A stretch of DNA of 64,000 nucleotides from a bacterium. Its GTDB lineage: Bacteria > SAR324 > JACQKK01. Shown here one piece after another: positions 40,456 through 50,105 of this stretch. Made by a program: the position numbers and the translations under genes. Every line of letters begins with the position of its first letter. Position 1 is the first letter of the stretch. The stretch lies in NCBI GenBank assembly GCA_965249525.1, contig OZ252237.1:1241470-1305469 (forward strand), written 5' to 3'. The notes beneath the pieces were generated by a model. It was not told the origin of the DNA. It worked only from the letters and a program-made list of their open reading frames with translations, and made no database searches.

Positions 40456-42372
40456 TTAGGCAGGTGTATTCCTTACAGCAGCCTCGGCTGAACTTTCTTG
40501 CGCAGAGAAGTGATCCATAGAACGCTCTTGCTGCAGCAGCCAGGCTTCACGATAGCAGCCAGGCTGCTGTATCAATTGATGGTGACTTCCGCTGGCAATC
40601 AGGCGACCGTCTTCCAGCACCAGTACACGTGCAGCGCGTTCCAATGCCGAGATGCGGTGAGAAATAATCAAGGTAGCTTGGGCATGCTGAAATTGGTAGA
40701 TCTGGTCTATCAGCCAGCGTTCGGTGCCATGATCCACCGCAGACAGCACCTCATCCAATACCAACACCCCGCAGCGACGCATCATGCAGCGCGCCAAAGC
40801 AATGCGCTGCTTTTGACCACCAGAGAGCGTGATACCCTTTTCGCCTACCAGGGTGGACAAGCCGTTGGGAAAGCGTTTCAGGTCTGGTGAAAGACCTGCT
40901 GCGTGCGCTGCCTGCCGAATGCGGGAACGCACCTCTTTAGAAAATCCTCCACTGGATGAATCCATGCCTGCCAGCTCTCCGTTATTCCTGCCAAATTTTT
41001 GCGAAGACAAGCTGGACGCCAGTACCTCTTTGACGCTTCTGCCCTGGGCATTGTCCAGTCCTAAGGCGATGTTGGCTTCAATGGTGTCAGAGAACAACAG
41101 GGGTTCTTGGGTTACCAGCAGTATTTGGCGACGCAGGGTCTCAAGGCTGAGTTCACGCACATCCACGCCATCCAAAAAGATGGTGCCTGTGGGGGGAGAA
41201 AGCCAGCCACACAACAAATTAGCCAGAGTGCTTTTGCCTTGACCTACCGAACCGAATATGCCCACCACCTCACCAGGACGCACCACCAAAGAGATATCAC
41301 GCAGAATAGATTGCTGGGGACTGTCAGGATAAGACCAGCTCAGTGAGCGCACCTCCAAGCCCTGCTTTAACTCGGCAGGCAGAAACGGTTGCTGTTCGGG
41401 AAGAATTGGTGGAGGCTGGGGATGGGCATCAAACACTTGTCTTAAGCTGTACAAGGATGTCATCCCACGCTGCAATATAAACAACAAGAAGGTGATGCCC
41501 ATCAACGGTGGTAACAACATAGAAAGGTACAAAGCATAGGCGGTGAAATCCCCAATGCTCATCTCGCCCGATACCAGCAGACTGGCACCCAGCAGCAGCA
41601 ACACCACCTTCAATACATTCACCAAATGGCTGAGAATAGGGGTAAACAAACGGAATCTTGCTATGCGCACCGATGCCTCGCGCAAGGGAACATTCAGTTT
41701 TTCAAAGGCACCTTCCGCCCAGCCAAATCCACGATAAGAACGCAACACATCTAAACCGTTGTAGGCTTCTACAGTGAAGTCGGAAAGATGCTGCAAATTT
41801 TCCATGTGCTGAAACTGATAACGTTTCATGATGCGCAAGCCAATTTGCAGCAGAAAAAAAACAAAGACTATCGGCAGCAAAAAATAAATGGTCACCCGAG
41901 GAGCAATTTGGAACATCAACCAAGGTGCAACGGAGATAGTACCCAAGCCGTTGAAGAGCATCATCAAGCCGAATCCCATCAGCAGACGTACCCCGTTAAC
42001 ATCGTTGTTGATGCGGGAGATGAGCCCGCCGCTAGGATTTTTGAGAAAAAATTGGTGATGCATATGAGAAAGATGTGCCAACATGCGATTTTTTAAGTCA
42101 TACTCAATTTGTCTGCTGGGCACGAAAAAAGCCACACGGGATCCTGTACGAAAGACCAGGGTAATCAGTCCCAGCGCAGCCATCCAGATGAGGCTTTCTA
42201 AGAAACGGGGATGTTGCAGGTTGCCACCTTGTTCCAGTACATCTATGGCACGCTGCATCCATTGCGGTATAGACAACGCAGCCCATAGAGTCAAGCCCAG
42301 CATCAACACCCCCAGCAGATACATTCCCAAATGCTCGCGCAGCAATGCCAGCAAAAATTTTCTAGAACTCAT
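40456..42372 (-). CDS. ABC exporter ATP-binding/permease subunit (MdlA-like)
   Basis: GSVGQGKS, LSGGQKQRIALAR, LDEVLSAVD. Confidence 0.9.
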   Translation of the reverse strand: MSSRKFLLALLREHLGMYLLGVLMLGLTLWAALSIPQWMQRAIDVLEQGGNLQHPRFLESLIWMAALGLITLVFRTGSRVAFFVPSRQIEYDLKNRMLAHLSHMHHQFFLKNPSGGLISRINNDVNGVRLLMGFGLMMLFNGLGTISVAPWLMFQIAPRVTIYFLLPIVFVFFLLQIGLRIMKRYQFQHMENLQHLSDFTVEAYNGLDVLRSYRGFGWAEGAFEKLNVPLREASVRIARFRLFTPILSHLVNVLKVVLLLLGASLLVSGEMSIGDFTAYALYLSMLLPPLMGITFLLFILQRGMTSLYSLRQVFDAHPQPPPILPEQQPFLPAELKQGLEVRSLSWSYPDSPQQSILRDISLVVRPGEVVGIFGSVGQGKSTLANLLCGWLSPPTGTIFLDGVDVRELSLETLRRQILLVTQEPLLFSDTIEANIALGLDNAQGRSVKEVLASSLSSQKFGRNNGELAGMDSSSGGFSKEVRSRIRQAAHAAGLSPDLKRFPNGLSTLVGEKGITLSGGQKQRIALARCMMRRCGVLVLDEVLSAVDHGTERWLIDQIYQFQHAQATLIISHRISALERAARVLVLEDGRLIASGSHHQLIQQPGCYREAWLLQQERSMDHFSAQESSAEAAVRNTPA

Positions 42373-42529
42373 TGGTTGATACCTGTTTAAGGTGGTAGTT
42401 GCATAGAAATTATGTTAGAGATACTGCCATTGCCCCTCCCAGGCAAATAAGCCACTGGCTTGACAAGAAGTTCTGATTCATCTTGCCACCTAGACAGAAA
42501 ACACACAAGGGAGGACATATAACGCATCT

Positions 42530-43621
42530 ATGGAAACCGACTTTCTATCTCTGGATTTTCACAGAAGTGTTTGGCCCCAGCAGCTGATAAAGGGCATGCG
42601 AGACTCTTTGAAGGAGGGCTGTCTTCCTGGTTGGTGGTTGTATCATGGGACGCAGCAGGTATTGCGTTGGCAGGAGTATCAGGCGGGGCATGCACCAGCA
42701 GCAACGCAAGAGAAGAAGCTGTTTGAGTTGTACCGCCAAGCCAGTATTTGGATAGCACGAGAAGCCCTGGATAGACCCGTACAGGTGGTCAGTTTGGGTG
42801 CAGGCGATGGCAGCAAGGATGTGATGCTGGTGGATGCCCTGCTGGCAGGTGGTGGACGCAAGCCCCAGGACATTATTTACACGCCCATGGATATCAGCCC
42901 GTCTTTATGCGTACAGGCGCTGCACAACATGCATGCGCTGCAGCCCAATGTATCGCTGCATGCTTTGGTGGTGCGTTTGGATCAAGCCCCCAGGCTGCGC
43001 CCATGGTTGATGCAGCACGAAACCAGCATCGGTATTCTGGGGCGTGCTATTCGCATTATCACTTGCTTTGGGCTGTTTCCCAATATGTGGCCGCAGCCAT
43101 TTGCAGCCTGGCTGAGACGCCTGGTGCGCTATGGCGATTTTCTGCTGGTATCCACCAATCTTTCTCCTCCTATGGAAGAAGCTGTCTCCATGGTGATGCC
43201 CCAATATGACAATCCCTTGGCACGCGCTTGGTACCAAAGCGGGCTGGAGAGTTTAGGGGTGGGTCGCCAAAAGATACGGCTGGATATTCAGCCCCAAGCC
43301 CTTAATGAAGATGACAAAGCCTGGCAGGTGCAGGTGATGCTAACCAGCATGAATCTTAAACACCGTCTGAAAATTGAGCCATTTGCCTCTTTATCCATGG
43401 AATTGGAATTGGAGTCTCCTTTGTTGGTGTTCTTTTCCAATCGTTTTGAGGCGAAGACTTTTGAAGCACTGCTGGCACAAGAGGGTTTTGCGGTGTCAAA
43501 ACGTTGGTTGGAAGAAGACGCTTGCTGGGAAGGGGTCTTCGCTTGCTTCCCGCTGCCCCCAGGCATCAAGAAGGTGAAGTCCTCTGTCCCGGAGCTGCGA
43601 ATCGCTTCCCCATCCAGCTAG
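42530..43621 (+). CDS. SAM-dependent methyltransferase, EgtD (histidine N-methyltransferase)-like
   Basis: SLGAGDGSKD, YTPMDIS, FGLFPNM, GDFLLVSTNL align with the EgtD motif order. Confidence 0.6.
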   Translation: METDFLSLDFHRSVWPQQLIKGMRDSLKEGCLPGWWLYHGTQQVLRWQEYQAGHAPAATQEKKLFELYRQASIWIAREALDRPVQVVSLGAGDGSKDVMLVDALLAGGGRKPQDIIYTPMDISPSLCVQALHNMHALQPNVSLHALVVRLDQAPRLRPWLMQHETSIGILGRAIRIITCFGLFPNMWPQPFAAWLRRLVRYGDFLLVSTNLSPPMEEAVSMVMPQYDNPLARAWYQSGLESLGVGRQKIRLDIQPQALNEDDKAWQVQVMLTSMNLKHRLKIEPFASLSMELELESPLLVFFSNRFEAKTFEALLAQEGFAVSKRWLEEDACWEGVFACFPLPPGIKKVKSSVPELRIASPSS

Positions 43622-44603
43622 CCCGACCGCGTGCAAAATCTGCCCAATCCAAGGGACGCCCGCCTTCCAGCTGCACCCGCAGCAACCGTACCCCTCCCCT
43701 GCGTGTCCGCACCCGACCATCAGCATGCAATACCCCCGCTTCTCCTGAGGGCGCTTCCGCCTCTTCCAAAGACAAAAATATCACCCGCCGACCTTCCAAC
43801 AAGCCACTGCAGCCAGGCCAATACTTATAGGCCCGATACTTGCGCAGCACAGTCGCCGCATCCTCCAAGAAAAAATCCACCCCGCCATCCTGCTTGCGCA
43901 CCCGCTTGCACCAGGTTGCCTCCGCTTCTTGCTGCGGCACCCCCTCCAGCCGACCCTCCAGCATCCCTCCCAAGCACTGCCGCAGCAATTCAGCCGAACG
44001 CTCCGCCAAGCGACCTGCCAAACTGCTGGCATCATCTTCTGCGCACACCGCTTCAACCACACGCCCCACCAAACAACCCGCATCCAAGTGCTCTTCCATA
44101 CGCTGCAGGGTTACCCCCGTTTGCTTATCCCCTGCCAGCAGCACCGCCTGCACCGGACTTGCCCCCCGCCAGCGCGGCAGCAAAGAAAAATGCAAATTGA
44201 ACATCCCCAAATGCGCCATCTGCAGCATCCACGGGGGCAGCAGGCGACCATAAGCACACACCACCCCCAACTCCATTCCCCAGGCCTCCAACACCTGCCC
44301 TATTTCCTCAGGTTTCAGGCTGGCAGGTTTCAGGCTGGCAGGTTTCAGGCTGGCAGGTTTCAGGCTAGCAGGTCCCAGCCAAGGCAGCCCCCAGCGTTCT
44401 GCCTGCTGATGCACCGCACAACTGCGCAGCTGACGGGACATCCCCTCCCCGCCAGCACGCCTGCTGCCACGACCTGCAGCTTGAGGAGGCTGCGTCACTA
44501 CCCCCACCAGCCTCACCCGCTTATCTGCTGCCAATACGCCCAAAGACGGCAAAGCCCACTGTGGACTGCCAAAAAATACCGTGCGCACCCCTTGTTGTCC
44601 CAT
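43566..44603 (-). CDS. fmt: Methionyl-tRNA formyltransferase, with PASLK x4 insertion
   Basis: VFFGSP, VVTQP, VCAYGRLLP, NLHFSLLPRWRGASP, LDAG. Confidence 0.93.
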   Translation of the reverse strand: MGQQGVRTVFFGSPQWALPSLGVLAADKRVRLVGVVTQPPQAAGRGSRRAGGEGMSRQLRSCAVHQQAERWGLPWLGPASLKPASLKPASLKPASLKPEEIGQVLEAWGMELGVVCAYGRLLPPWMLQMAHLGMFNLHFSLLPRWRGASPVQAVLLAGDKQTGVTLQRMEEHLDAGCLVGRVVEAVCAEDDASSLAGRLAERSAELLRQCLGGMLEGRLEGVPQQEAEATWCKRVRKQDGGVDFFLEDAATVLRKYRAYKYWPGCSGLLEGRRVIFLSLEEAEAPSGEAGVLHADGRVRTRRGGVRLLRVQLEGGRPLDWADFARGRASWMGKRFAAPGQRTSPS

Positions 44604-44611
44604 TCATCTCC

Positions 44612-45955
44612 CTACCGACCAGAGTCATCGCCTGCTTTTTTGCCCGCAGCCTTTTGTATGGAAGCCCCTTTGCCCGTACGCGCCCGCAAGGATTCCGCAT
44701 GGGCAAACAACTGCTCGGCTTCGGCAAAACGTTGAATCTTCTCACTGTCTCGCTGCAAACGCTCTGGCGAATAACGCAGCACAGAGGAACGCTTGATGAA
44801 ATCACCCACCCCCAAGGGAGAAGAAAAGCGTGCCCGCCCCCCCGTGGGCAAAATATGGTTGGGACCGGCAAAATAATCACCCACCGCTTCTGGTGTGTCT
44901 GCCCCCAAAAAAATCGCCCCAGCATGACGCACCTGACTTAAAGTTTGAAACGGGTCAGCTGTGAGCAATTCCAAATGCTCAGGAGCCAGTTCATTCACCA
45001 CTTGCAAACCTGCCTCCAGACTGTCCACCAACACAATGCCAGAACCACTGGCAAAAGAAGCCGCAATAATATCCGCACGCGGCAAACCAGCTATCAACTC
45101 CTCCAAACGCCGCTCCACATCTTGGGCTTGCTGAGGATGCGTGGTCACCAGCAGCGCACGGGCATCGGCATCATGCTCCGCCTGAGAGAGCAAATCCCTC
45201 GCCAGATACTCTATGGGAATATCTTTCTGCGTACAAAGAATCACAATCTCGCTGGGACCTGCAATGGCATCAATGCCCACATCACCACACACCTGTCGCT
45301 TGGCTTCTGCCACCCAGCGACTGCCAGGGCCCACAATCTTGTCCACCCGCGGAACGCTTTCTGTCCCCCAAGCCAGTGCAGCAATGGCTTGTGCGCCGCC
45401 CACCGCATACAAATTCTCCACCCCCAACAAGGCCGCCGCTGCCAAAATATCCCGATGTGGAAGTCCATCCGCCCCTGGCGGCGACACCACCACTATCTCT
45501 CCCACCCCCGCCAGCTGCGCTGGCACCACGCCCATCAACAAGCTGGAAGCATAGGTTGCCTGCCCCCCAGGCACATACACCCCCACCCTGTCCAAAGGCG
45601 ATACCTTCCACCCCATCACACTGCCATCGGGAAAAAATTCCAAGCGACTATCCTCGCACTGACGCATATGAAAGCGCTCAATATTGTCCAGGGCCTCAAT
45701 CCATACATCCTTTAAGGCAGGATCAAGCCCCGACAGTGCTGCTTCCATCAGCTCCTCGCCCACCTTCAAAGAGACTGGCGCAACCCCGTCAAAACGCTGG
45801 GTATAATCCAAAAGCGCCCTGTCACCCTCAACGCGAACCCGCTCCAACACTTGGCGCACCTGTGCCTCCAGGTTGTCCTCTTGCGACAGCGTCCGACTTT
45901 CCAGCCGTTCCAGATATGCTTCCAAAGAGGGAAATATAGATACCAACGGAGGCAT
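44612..45955 (-). CDS. hisD: Histidinol dehydrogenase
   Basis: GGAQAIAALAWGT, KIVGPG, IDAIAGPSE, APEHLEL, GDYFAGPNHILPT. Confidence 0.96.
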   Translation of the reverse strand: MPPLVSIFPSLEAYLERLESRTLSQEDNLEAQVRQVLERVRVEGDRALLDYTQRFDGVAPVSLKVGEELMEAALSGLDPALKDVWIEALDNIERFHMRQCEDSRLEFFPDGSVMGWKVSPLDRVGVYVPGGQATYASSLLMGVVPAQLAGVGEIVVVSPPGADGLPHRDILAAAALLGVENLYAVGGAQAIAALAWGTESVPRVDKIVGPGSRWVAEAKRQVCGDVGIDAIAGPSEIVILCTQKDIPIEYLARDLLSQAEHDADARALLVTTHPQQAQDVERRLEELIAGLPRADIIAASFASGSGIVLVDSLEAGLQVVNELAPEHLELLTADPFQTLSQVRHAGAIFLGADTPEAVGDYFAGPNHILPTGGRARFSSPLGVGDFIKRSSVLRYSPERLQRDSEKIQRFAEAEQLFAHAESLRARTGKGASIQKAAGKKAGDDSGR

Positions 45956-45985
45956 TAGCGCAATTCCCTTAAAAGAAAGCCGATT

Positions 45986-46834
45986 TCAGGGAGAAAATTT
46001 GCGGGCTTTGGAATCATGGCCATAGCGTTTGTCAATAAATTGGAGACGGCGGGCAGCATCATCCGCCCAGGAGACATTGCGAGAGACCAGTTCTGCATAG
46101 TAGCGACGGGCTTGCAGGGGTTCTCCATTATCCTCCAAACAACGTGCCAACAGCCAGCGGGCATCGTTTATCTTACGATAGCGGGAATGTTTTTCCAACA
46201 GGGTATAAAGCGGTTCCAACGCACCCTCACACTGACGCAGCAAAAACATGGCCTGCGCCTGACGATGCAGCACTTGGGGCAGTCGCTTCTCCTTGGGAAA
46301 ATGGCTACGGAAATCCGCCAGGCTGCGCACTGCCAAATCCAAATCTCCGCTAAATAAACGAGACATTGCCACCCGCAGCGATCTGTCCGCCACAGTTTTT
46401 TCTGGCAGATCTGCCAACGGACTTTTCAACAAACGTTCCATTTCTCCTATGTCCAGCATGCGTTTATCCAGTTCATCACGCAGTGACAGCTGTGAGGCAG
46501 CATGTTTTTTCAGAGCGCTTTCCAATGCTTTTTCTAGTTTAATGCCGTCAATTTGTACATGTTCCAAGCTCTCACGCAGTGCTTGATTTTCACGCTCCAA
46601 ATTTTTTAAGTCCCGTTCTAACAGCTGTAATTTAGCCTCTATAATATTCAAAGTGCGTTGATTCTGAGGAAAAGCCAGTGTGGAACTGCCTGCCCATACC
46701 GCTATGGTCATGACCAGGCACAACCAGCTGACCGCCCCCGACAGCGACCGCAGCGGCGACCGCAGCAGCGACCACAACCAAGCAAAACAGACAGTTAAAA
46801 GCAATCCGAGGTAAAGCAATCCGATGTGTTGCAT
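45986..46834 (-). CDS. cpoB: Coiled-coil + TPR protein, CpoB/YbgF-like
   Basis: Coiled coil followed by TPRs (DFRSHFPK...DARWLLARC); directly after tolB. Confidence 0.65.
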   Translation of the reverse strand: MQHIGLLYLGLLLTVCFAWLWSLLRSPLRSLSGAVSWLCLVMTIAVWAGSSTLAFPQNQRTLNIIEAKLQLLERDLKNLERENQALRESLEHVQIDGIKLEKALESALKKHAASQLSLRDELDKRMLDIGEMERLLKSPLADLPEKTVADRSLRVAMSRLFSGDLDLAVRSLADFRSHFPKEKRLPQVLHRQAQAMFLLRQCEGALEPLYTLLEKHSRYRKINDARWLLARCLEDNGEPLQARRYYAELVSRNVSWADDAARRLQFIDKRYGHDSKARKFSP

Positions 46835-46852
46835 GGGGAAGGTTGGTGAGAG

Positions 46853-48349
46853 TTAAAATAGACGCAGCCGTCCCCAAGAGGGACTGTTTTCTTCTATGTC
46901 TTTGGCGGTGTTGGTGAGACGGCGCAGTCCGCTGCCATCAATGGCTACCACATAGAGTTTGAATTCACCACTGCGCCGTGAAGCAAACACAATCTGGCGG
47001 CCGTCTGGCGACCATTCTGCTTGCTCGCAGTTGTATGCGCCTTTTGTCACCGCTCGTAGATTCTGACCAAAGTCATCCATGATGTAAATCTGATCCACCC
47101 CTTTTTCCCGCCTGGTAAAGAGAATGTTTTGCCCATCGGGACTCCATTTGGGATCTGTGTTGTAGATGCTGTCAAAGCTCAGGCGCAGTTCACGACGAGT
47201 CTTTAAGTTCAATACATACACCTGCGGGCCGCCAGAGCGATCGGAAATATACACCAACTGGCTGCCATCGGGACTCCAATCTGGCTGGATCTCAATGCCC
47301 TCCCGTTGGGTAACACGATGGGGTTTGGAGATTTTTTTCTTGTACAGGTTCAAAAAGAACAGATCGATGTTTTCATCCATACTCATGGTAAATGCCAGCC
47401 GTTTGCCATTGCGTGAGAATGAACCACCTGTGTTTAAGCTGCCGAAATCGGTAAGGTAGCCGCTGCGCCTGCCTGTTCCAGCCAACTTCTGGTAGTAAAT
47501 GCGACTGCCTTTGAGAGAAAGCACGGTATAGATGATGGCATGGGTATCCGGTGTCAGGCGCGGCAAGATAGAAATGTTCTTGTTGCGAGAAATAATTTGA
47601 GGTCTGGTGCCGTGGGTATCGGTGGCGGCAATCACGGTTTTCCGTCCTGTCTGCTTCATGGCAAAGACAATGGTGGAGCCCAGCATTCCCCGTGTGCCCG
47701 TTAGACGCTTCGCCAACTGGTTGACCAATTCCATCACCGTCAATTCACGCAAACCTTGTTTTAAGTGAAAACCACGCTCAAACAACAGCAGCCCCTCAGG
47801 ACCAGCATCAAACACCTGCACGCGTACCAGTTTGCCATCTGTACTCAACTTCATGTACATATCCACCCGCAAACTTTGCTTGACCGGGCAGTAGCGTCTG
47901 CTGCTTTTGGCTATGCTGCTTTTGGCTATGCTGCTTTTGGCTATGCTGCTTTTGGCTATGCTGCTTTTGGCTATGCTGCTTTTAGCTAAATTGAACAGTC
48001 CGCTCCAACACAGGTTGCGTTTCAATAAGTCTTGAAATTTAACAAAATCCTGCTGCGCCCTGGCTGCCAGGACTTTTTTGCTTGGCAGCACTTCCAGCTG
48101 CAGTGACAGCCTGGCGAATCCCAGACCTTCTATCAAAATATCCTCTGCGGGATCCTGCTTGCCTGAAGGAGGCGCATAAGGCAGTGGCTGCGGCGGGCGC
48201 ACTACCTTGCTTAACCTGGCAGACTGTGCCCAGCCTGCACCCCCGCCCACCACACACAGCAACAACCACAACAAAACACTGCGCCCCACACAGCCTGACC
48301 GCAAACCGCAGCCCTGCCAAGAAAAAGCTCTCACTTGTTGCATCAACAT
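46853..48349 (-). CDS. tolB: Tol-Pal system propeller TolB, with AKSSI repeat insertion
   Basis: PD40 repeats PDWSPDG, PKWSPDG, EWSPDG; location in the tol cluster. Confidence 0.88.
   Translation of the reverse strand: MLMQQVRAFSWQGCGLRSGCVGRSVLLWLLLCVVGGGAGWAQSARLSKVVRPPQPLPYAPPSGKQDPAEDILIEGLGFARLSLQLEVLPSKKVLAARAQQDFVKFQDLLKRNLCWSGLFNLAKSSIAKSSIAKSSIAKSSIAKSSIAKSSRRYCPVKQSLRVDMYMKLSTDGKLVRVQVFDAGPEGLLLFERGFHLKQGLRELTVMELVNQLAKRLTGTRGMLGSTIVFAMKQTGRKTVIAATDTHGTRPQIISRNKNISILPRLTPDTHAIIYTVLSLKGSRIYYQKLAGTGRRSGYLTDFGSLNTGGSFSRNGKRLAFTMSMDENIDLFFLNLYKKKISKPHRVTQREGIEIQPDWSPDGSQLVYISDRSGGPQVYVLNLKTRRELRLSFDSIYNTDPKWSPDGQNILFTRREKGVDQIYIMDDFGQNLRAVTKGAYNCEQAEWSPDGRQIVFASRRSGEFKLYVVAIDGSGLRRLTNTAKDIEENSPSWGRLRLF
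47899..47988. repeat. 15-bp tandem repeat x6 inside tolB
   Basis: tgctgcttttggcta units. Confidence 0.95.
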
Positions 48350-48562
48350 TAGCTTACAAGACAGCCTCTTACAAGATAGCCTGGGTTTGCACCAAAAACC
48401 AGTTTCTAATAAATACAGCCTGGCTAATTCAGCTTGGCTAATTTACCTGGCTTGGTGCTAAATGCTATTATAGCATAATTTTTTTTGGCAGTCAGGACAC
48501 TGCAAAAAAGGCTGCTGCCTGGTTACAGACAGCAGCCTTGATGCTAGTTGGGCGGGTTGTTA
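48350..48562 (-). repeat. Cassette leader L8, directly upstream of the tolB start
   Basis: Terminator, CTGACT-N17-TATAAT, 15-bp repeats, then ATGTTGATGCAA. Confidence 0.9.
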
Positions 48563-49861
48563 CTCAAAGCTCAGGGTTTGGGGCACGGAGGTTGAGGTAT
48601 CAGGCTCGCTGTCAGCATCATCACCATCTGCAAGCTCGCCAACCCCCAGCCGTCCATTGTTGTTGGCACCCCAGCATTTGGCAACGCCGCTGTGAAGCGC
48701 ACAAGTGTGCAAATTCCCTGCTGAGATGGCAGTGACATCGTTTTCCAGCCCGTCAACCTGCACGGGAATATTGCTGGTGGTGGTGCTGGTGGCGACGCCC
48801 AGCTGACCATTGCTGTTACTCCCCCAGCACTTGGCGGCGCCCTTGTGAACCACACAAGTGTGAAATTGCCCTGCTGAGATTTTGGCATCGGCATCGACTT
48901 CCAGCAAGGCTTCATCGATAGAGTTGTCAGGGTCGGCAACGGTTTGCACCACAGCCACAGGAACCAGACTTTGAGTGATTTTGCCGTTACCCAGCCGTCC
49001 ACTGCCGTTGTTCCCCCAGCACCAGGCTTTGCCCTCCACAATGGCACAAGTGTGAGAAATCCCTGCTGAGATGATGGCATTGACATCGCTAGTCAGCACG
49101 TCAACCTGCACAGGCGTCTTGCGGTTATTATTATCTACAATACTGAAACCAACGTCAAAAGTGGTAACGGTGCCGTCACCCAGCTTGCCATTGCCATTGC
49201 TCCCCCAGCACTTGGCGACGCCATTATGAATGGCACAAGTGTGGCTACTCCCTGCTGAGATGGCAGTGACATCGCTAGTCAGCCCTGTGACCTGCACGGG
49301 AGTAGTGTTGCTACTCACTTCTTTGCCCAGCTGACCAAATTGATTACTCCCCCAGCACTTGGCGGCGCCACCATGAATGGCACAAGTGTGAGCACCCCCT
49401 GCTGAGATGGCAGTGACCCCACTGCCCAGCGTGCTGACAGCCATGGGAGTACTGCTGTCATCGGTATTACCTCTGCCCAGCTGTCCATCGCCGCCGTACC
49501 CCCAGCACTGGGCGGCGCCTGTGCTGAGGACGGCACAAGTGTGACCCGCCGCTGAGATGGCAGTGACCCCACTGCCCAGCGTGCTGACAGCCACAGGAAG
49601 ATTGCTGTCAGTGCCGCTCTCTTTGTTGCCCAGCTGGCCGCTGGCGTTATGTCCCCAGCACCAGGCTTTGCCCTCCACCATGGCACAAGTGTGACTTTGC
49701 CCTGCTGTAATAGCACTAGCCGTTAACGGTATGGCAGCACTGCCGCCGCCGCTGCCGCCGCCACCACCGCCCCCGCCGCAGCTGGCAAGGCTTAGCAGTA
49801 CAGCCGACAACAGCAAGACAAACAGGCTTGGCGCAGCATATAATGATTTTAGATTTTTCAT
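48560..49861 (-). CDS. RCC1-repeat (7-blade) lipoprotein g7
   Basis: MKNLKSLY leader, LASC + Gly, seven repeats. Confidence 0.9.
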   Translation of the reverse strand: MKNLKSLYAAPSLFVLLLSAVLLSLASCGGGGGGGGSGGGSAAIPLTASAITAGQSHTCAMVEGKAWCWGHNASGQLGNKESGTDSNLPVAVSTLGSGVTAISAAGHTCAVLSTGAAQCWGYGGDGQLGRGNTDDSSTPMAVSTLGSGVTAISAGGAHTCAIHGGAAKCWGSNQFGQLGKEVSSNTTPVQVTGLTSDVTAISAGSSHTCAIHNGVAKCWGSNGNGKLGDGTVTTFDVGFSIVDNNNRKTPVQVDVLTSDVNAIISAGISHTCAIVEGKAWCWGNNGSGRLGNGKITQSLVPVAVVQTVADPDNSIDEALLEVDADAKISAGQFHTCVVHKGAAKCWGSNSNGQLGVATSTTTSNIPVQVDGLENDVTAISAGNLHTCALHSGVAKCWGANNNGRLGVGELADGDDADSEPDTSTSVPQTLSFE

Positions 49862-50105
49862 GATCTCCTCCTTAGAAGTGTGAATATAGAATGCCTCACG
49901 AGCTTACAAGATAGCCTCTTACAAGATAGCTTCTTGCAAGATAGCCTGGATTTGCACCAAAAGCCAGTTTCTAATAAATTCACTTGCTTTGGTGTAAGTG
50001 TTATTATAGCATAATATTTTTTCTTTGGCAGTCAGGACGCTGCAAGAAAAAAGGCTGCTGCCTGGTTACAGACAGCAGCCTTTATGCTAGTTGGGCGGGT
50101 TGTTA
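49862..50105 (-). repeat. Cassette leader L9 (three 15-bp units)
   Basis: Reverse complement of the consensus element. Confidence 0.9.

Noticed and set aside
43631-45939. Long plus-strand ORFs opposite fmt and hisD (189-268 aa)
   Set aside because: Antisense to well-supported genes; low complexity from compositional skew
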